DNA from: Octopus sinensis
Lineage: Eukaryota
Direction: 5' to 3'
Length of the DNA: 64,000 bases
Assembly: GCF_006345805.1 (NCBI RefSeq)
Contig: NC_043016.1
Location: 30,070,001 to 30,134,000, forward strand
Positions 62,516 to 64,000 of the stretch are shown one piece after another. The translations under genes were made by a program, and so were the position numbers. Positions within the stretch are counted from its first letter, which is position 1. Each line of letters begins with the position of its first letter. The notes under the pieces are model-generated. The model was not told where the DNA came from and ran no database searches. It was given only the letters and a program-made list of their open reading frames with translations.

Positions 62516-62845
62516 CAGATTTGTATGTTTTGCTTTATGTATGTATTCCCATACATATTGTTGCATATCTAGACATGCTCATATATACTTAAATGATAAT
62601 CTTCTGGAAAGTTTTACAGATTTTTGTACATTTCCAGTAATGGATTGGATCTGCAGTCTTTTAATTAGCTTTCTCCTTTCTGGTTTTGAGAAGTCTAATT
62701 TCTCAATATTGATATTTAGGCAATGTGTTACATATACCAGAATCCCAATAATTACTGGTACAAATCTGAACTTGTAATCTGGATAGAGTAACTGAAGATT
62801 TCTCAATAGTTCAGCATAGGTGATCTCTTTTTCCTTAATGTATTT
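62516..62845 (-). mobile_element. 3' end of a restriction-like-endonuclease non-LTR element (R4/Dong-like)
   Basis: EKEITYAELLRNLQLLYPDYKFRFVPVIIG...RLQIQSITG. Confidence 0.7.
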
Positions 62846-63069
62846 ATGTATGACAGGCTTCTACAGAGTCTCCATTTTCCAAAACCACTCTCAAGGTATT
62901 GGTAGGCCTAGGGCTATAGTATAGTAAACACTTGACCAGTGTACATTGCAGTGGGACTAAGCCTGGAAATGAATGGTTGCCCAGAAAACTTCTTTACCAC
63001 TCAGCCATGCAATAGATATTTTTCTAATAACCCATTTGTTGCAGAAGATCTTACGACCAACAAAGCCAT

Positions 63070-63700
63070 AATCACCTTCACCACCACAACCAACACCACC
63101 AACACCACCACAACCACCATCATCATCACCACAACCTACACCACCACCACAACCACCACCACAACCACAACCACCACCACAACCAACACCACCACCACAA
63201 CCACAACCACTACCACCACCACCACCACCACAACCACCACCACCAGCACCACAACCACAACCACTACCACCACCACAACCACAACCAACACCACCACCAC
63301 AACCACAACCACTACCACCACCACAACCAAAACCACAACCACAACACCACCACAACCAACACCACCACCACAACCACAACCACCACCACAACCAACACCA
63401 CCACCACAACCACAACCACCACCACCACCACCACCACCACAACCACCACCACCACCACAACCACAACCACTACCACCACCACAACCAACACCACAACCAC
63501 AAACACCTCGACCACCACCACAACCATCACAACCACAACCACCACCACCACCACAACCACCACAACTACCTCCACCACAACTACCACCACCACCACCACA
63601 ACCACCATAACTACAACCAACACCTCTACTGCAACCACCACCACCAACACCACCACCACAGCTACTGCCACAACCACTTTCATCACCATCATTATTATCA
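63070..63700. repeat. (CCA/CAA)n trinucleotide array
   Basis: Direct reading. Confidence 0.95.
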
Positions 63701-64000
63701 TCTCTATTTTAAGGTATATCATTTTCTTGTTGGATTAATTAGGACATGTTTCTATCATGTCATATTACAAATCATTTTGATGCATTTCATCTGTGAATCC
63801 TAACATCCAAGGTTCAAACCTCAGGTCTTTCTTAAATGATCACATTCAAAGCAGTATGTCTATTGAACTCAATAACAATTTTTTTTTTCACTAATGACAA
63901 CAATAATAGCAACTCAGCTTTGATAGACTCAATACTATTGAGGAATGGAAAGAAATTCCAGAAGAAAATTATCAGTTGCTTTACCACTTTTGTTTCATTA

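Noticed and set aside
62939-63722. Mucin/extensin-like Thr/Pro ORF
   Set aside because: (CCA/CAA)n repeat; N-terminus lies in a SINE; no splice context

Overview
Eukaryotic, AT-rich and extremely repeat-dense DNA. The SINE/LINE families and huge (TA)n/(CA)n tracts suggest an octopus (inference). No prokaryotic features and no CRISPR; nearly all supplied ORFs are microsatellite or TE artefacts. Two convergent host genes are supported: (1) the last coding exon of MZT2/MOZART2 (+, 14105-14396); (2) an unidentified minus-strand gene for which I could chain nine phase-compatible exons (~53.9 kb to stop at 32637) ending in an alpha/beta domain I cannot name. The remainder is tRNA-derived SINEs (4 families), RTE LINEs (one with a PHD finger in ORF2, one BovB-like), CR1-group and R4/Dong-like LINE ends, dead Tc1 and mariner, hAT/piggyBac/Tc1 MITEs, non-autonomous Helitrons, foldbacks and minisatellites. 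The most striking unannotated signal is a set of short Penelope-like/retrozyme-like fragments, mostly beside (TA)n, that carry minimal type I hammerhead ribozyme folds with palindromic helix III. There are at least three unrelated families plus one variant, and two copies are textbook-intact (12892-12934, 23875-23917). All alignments and folds were done by eye.
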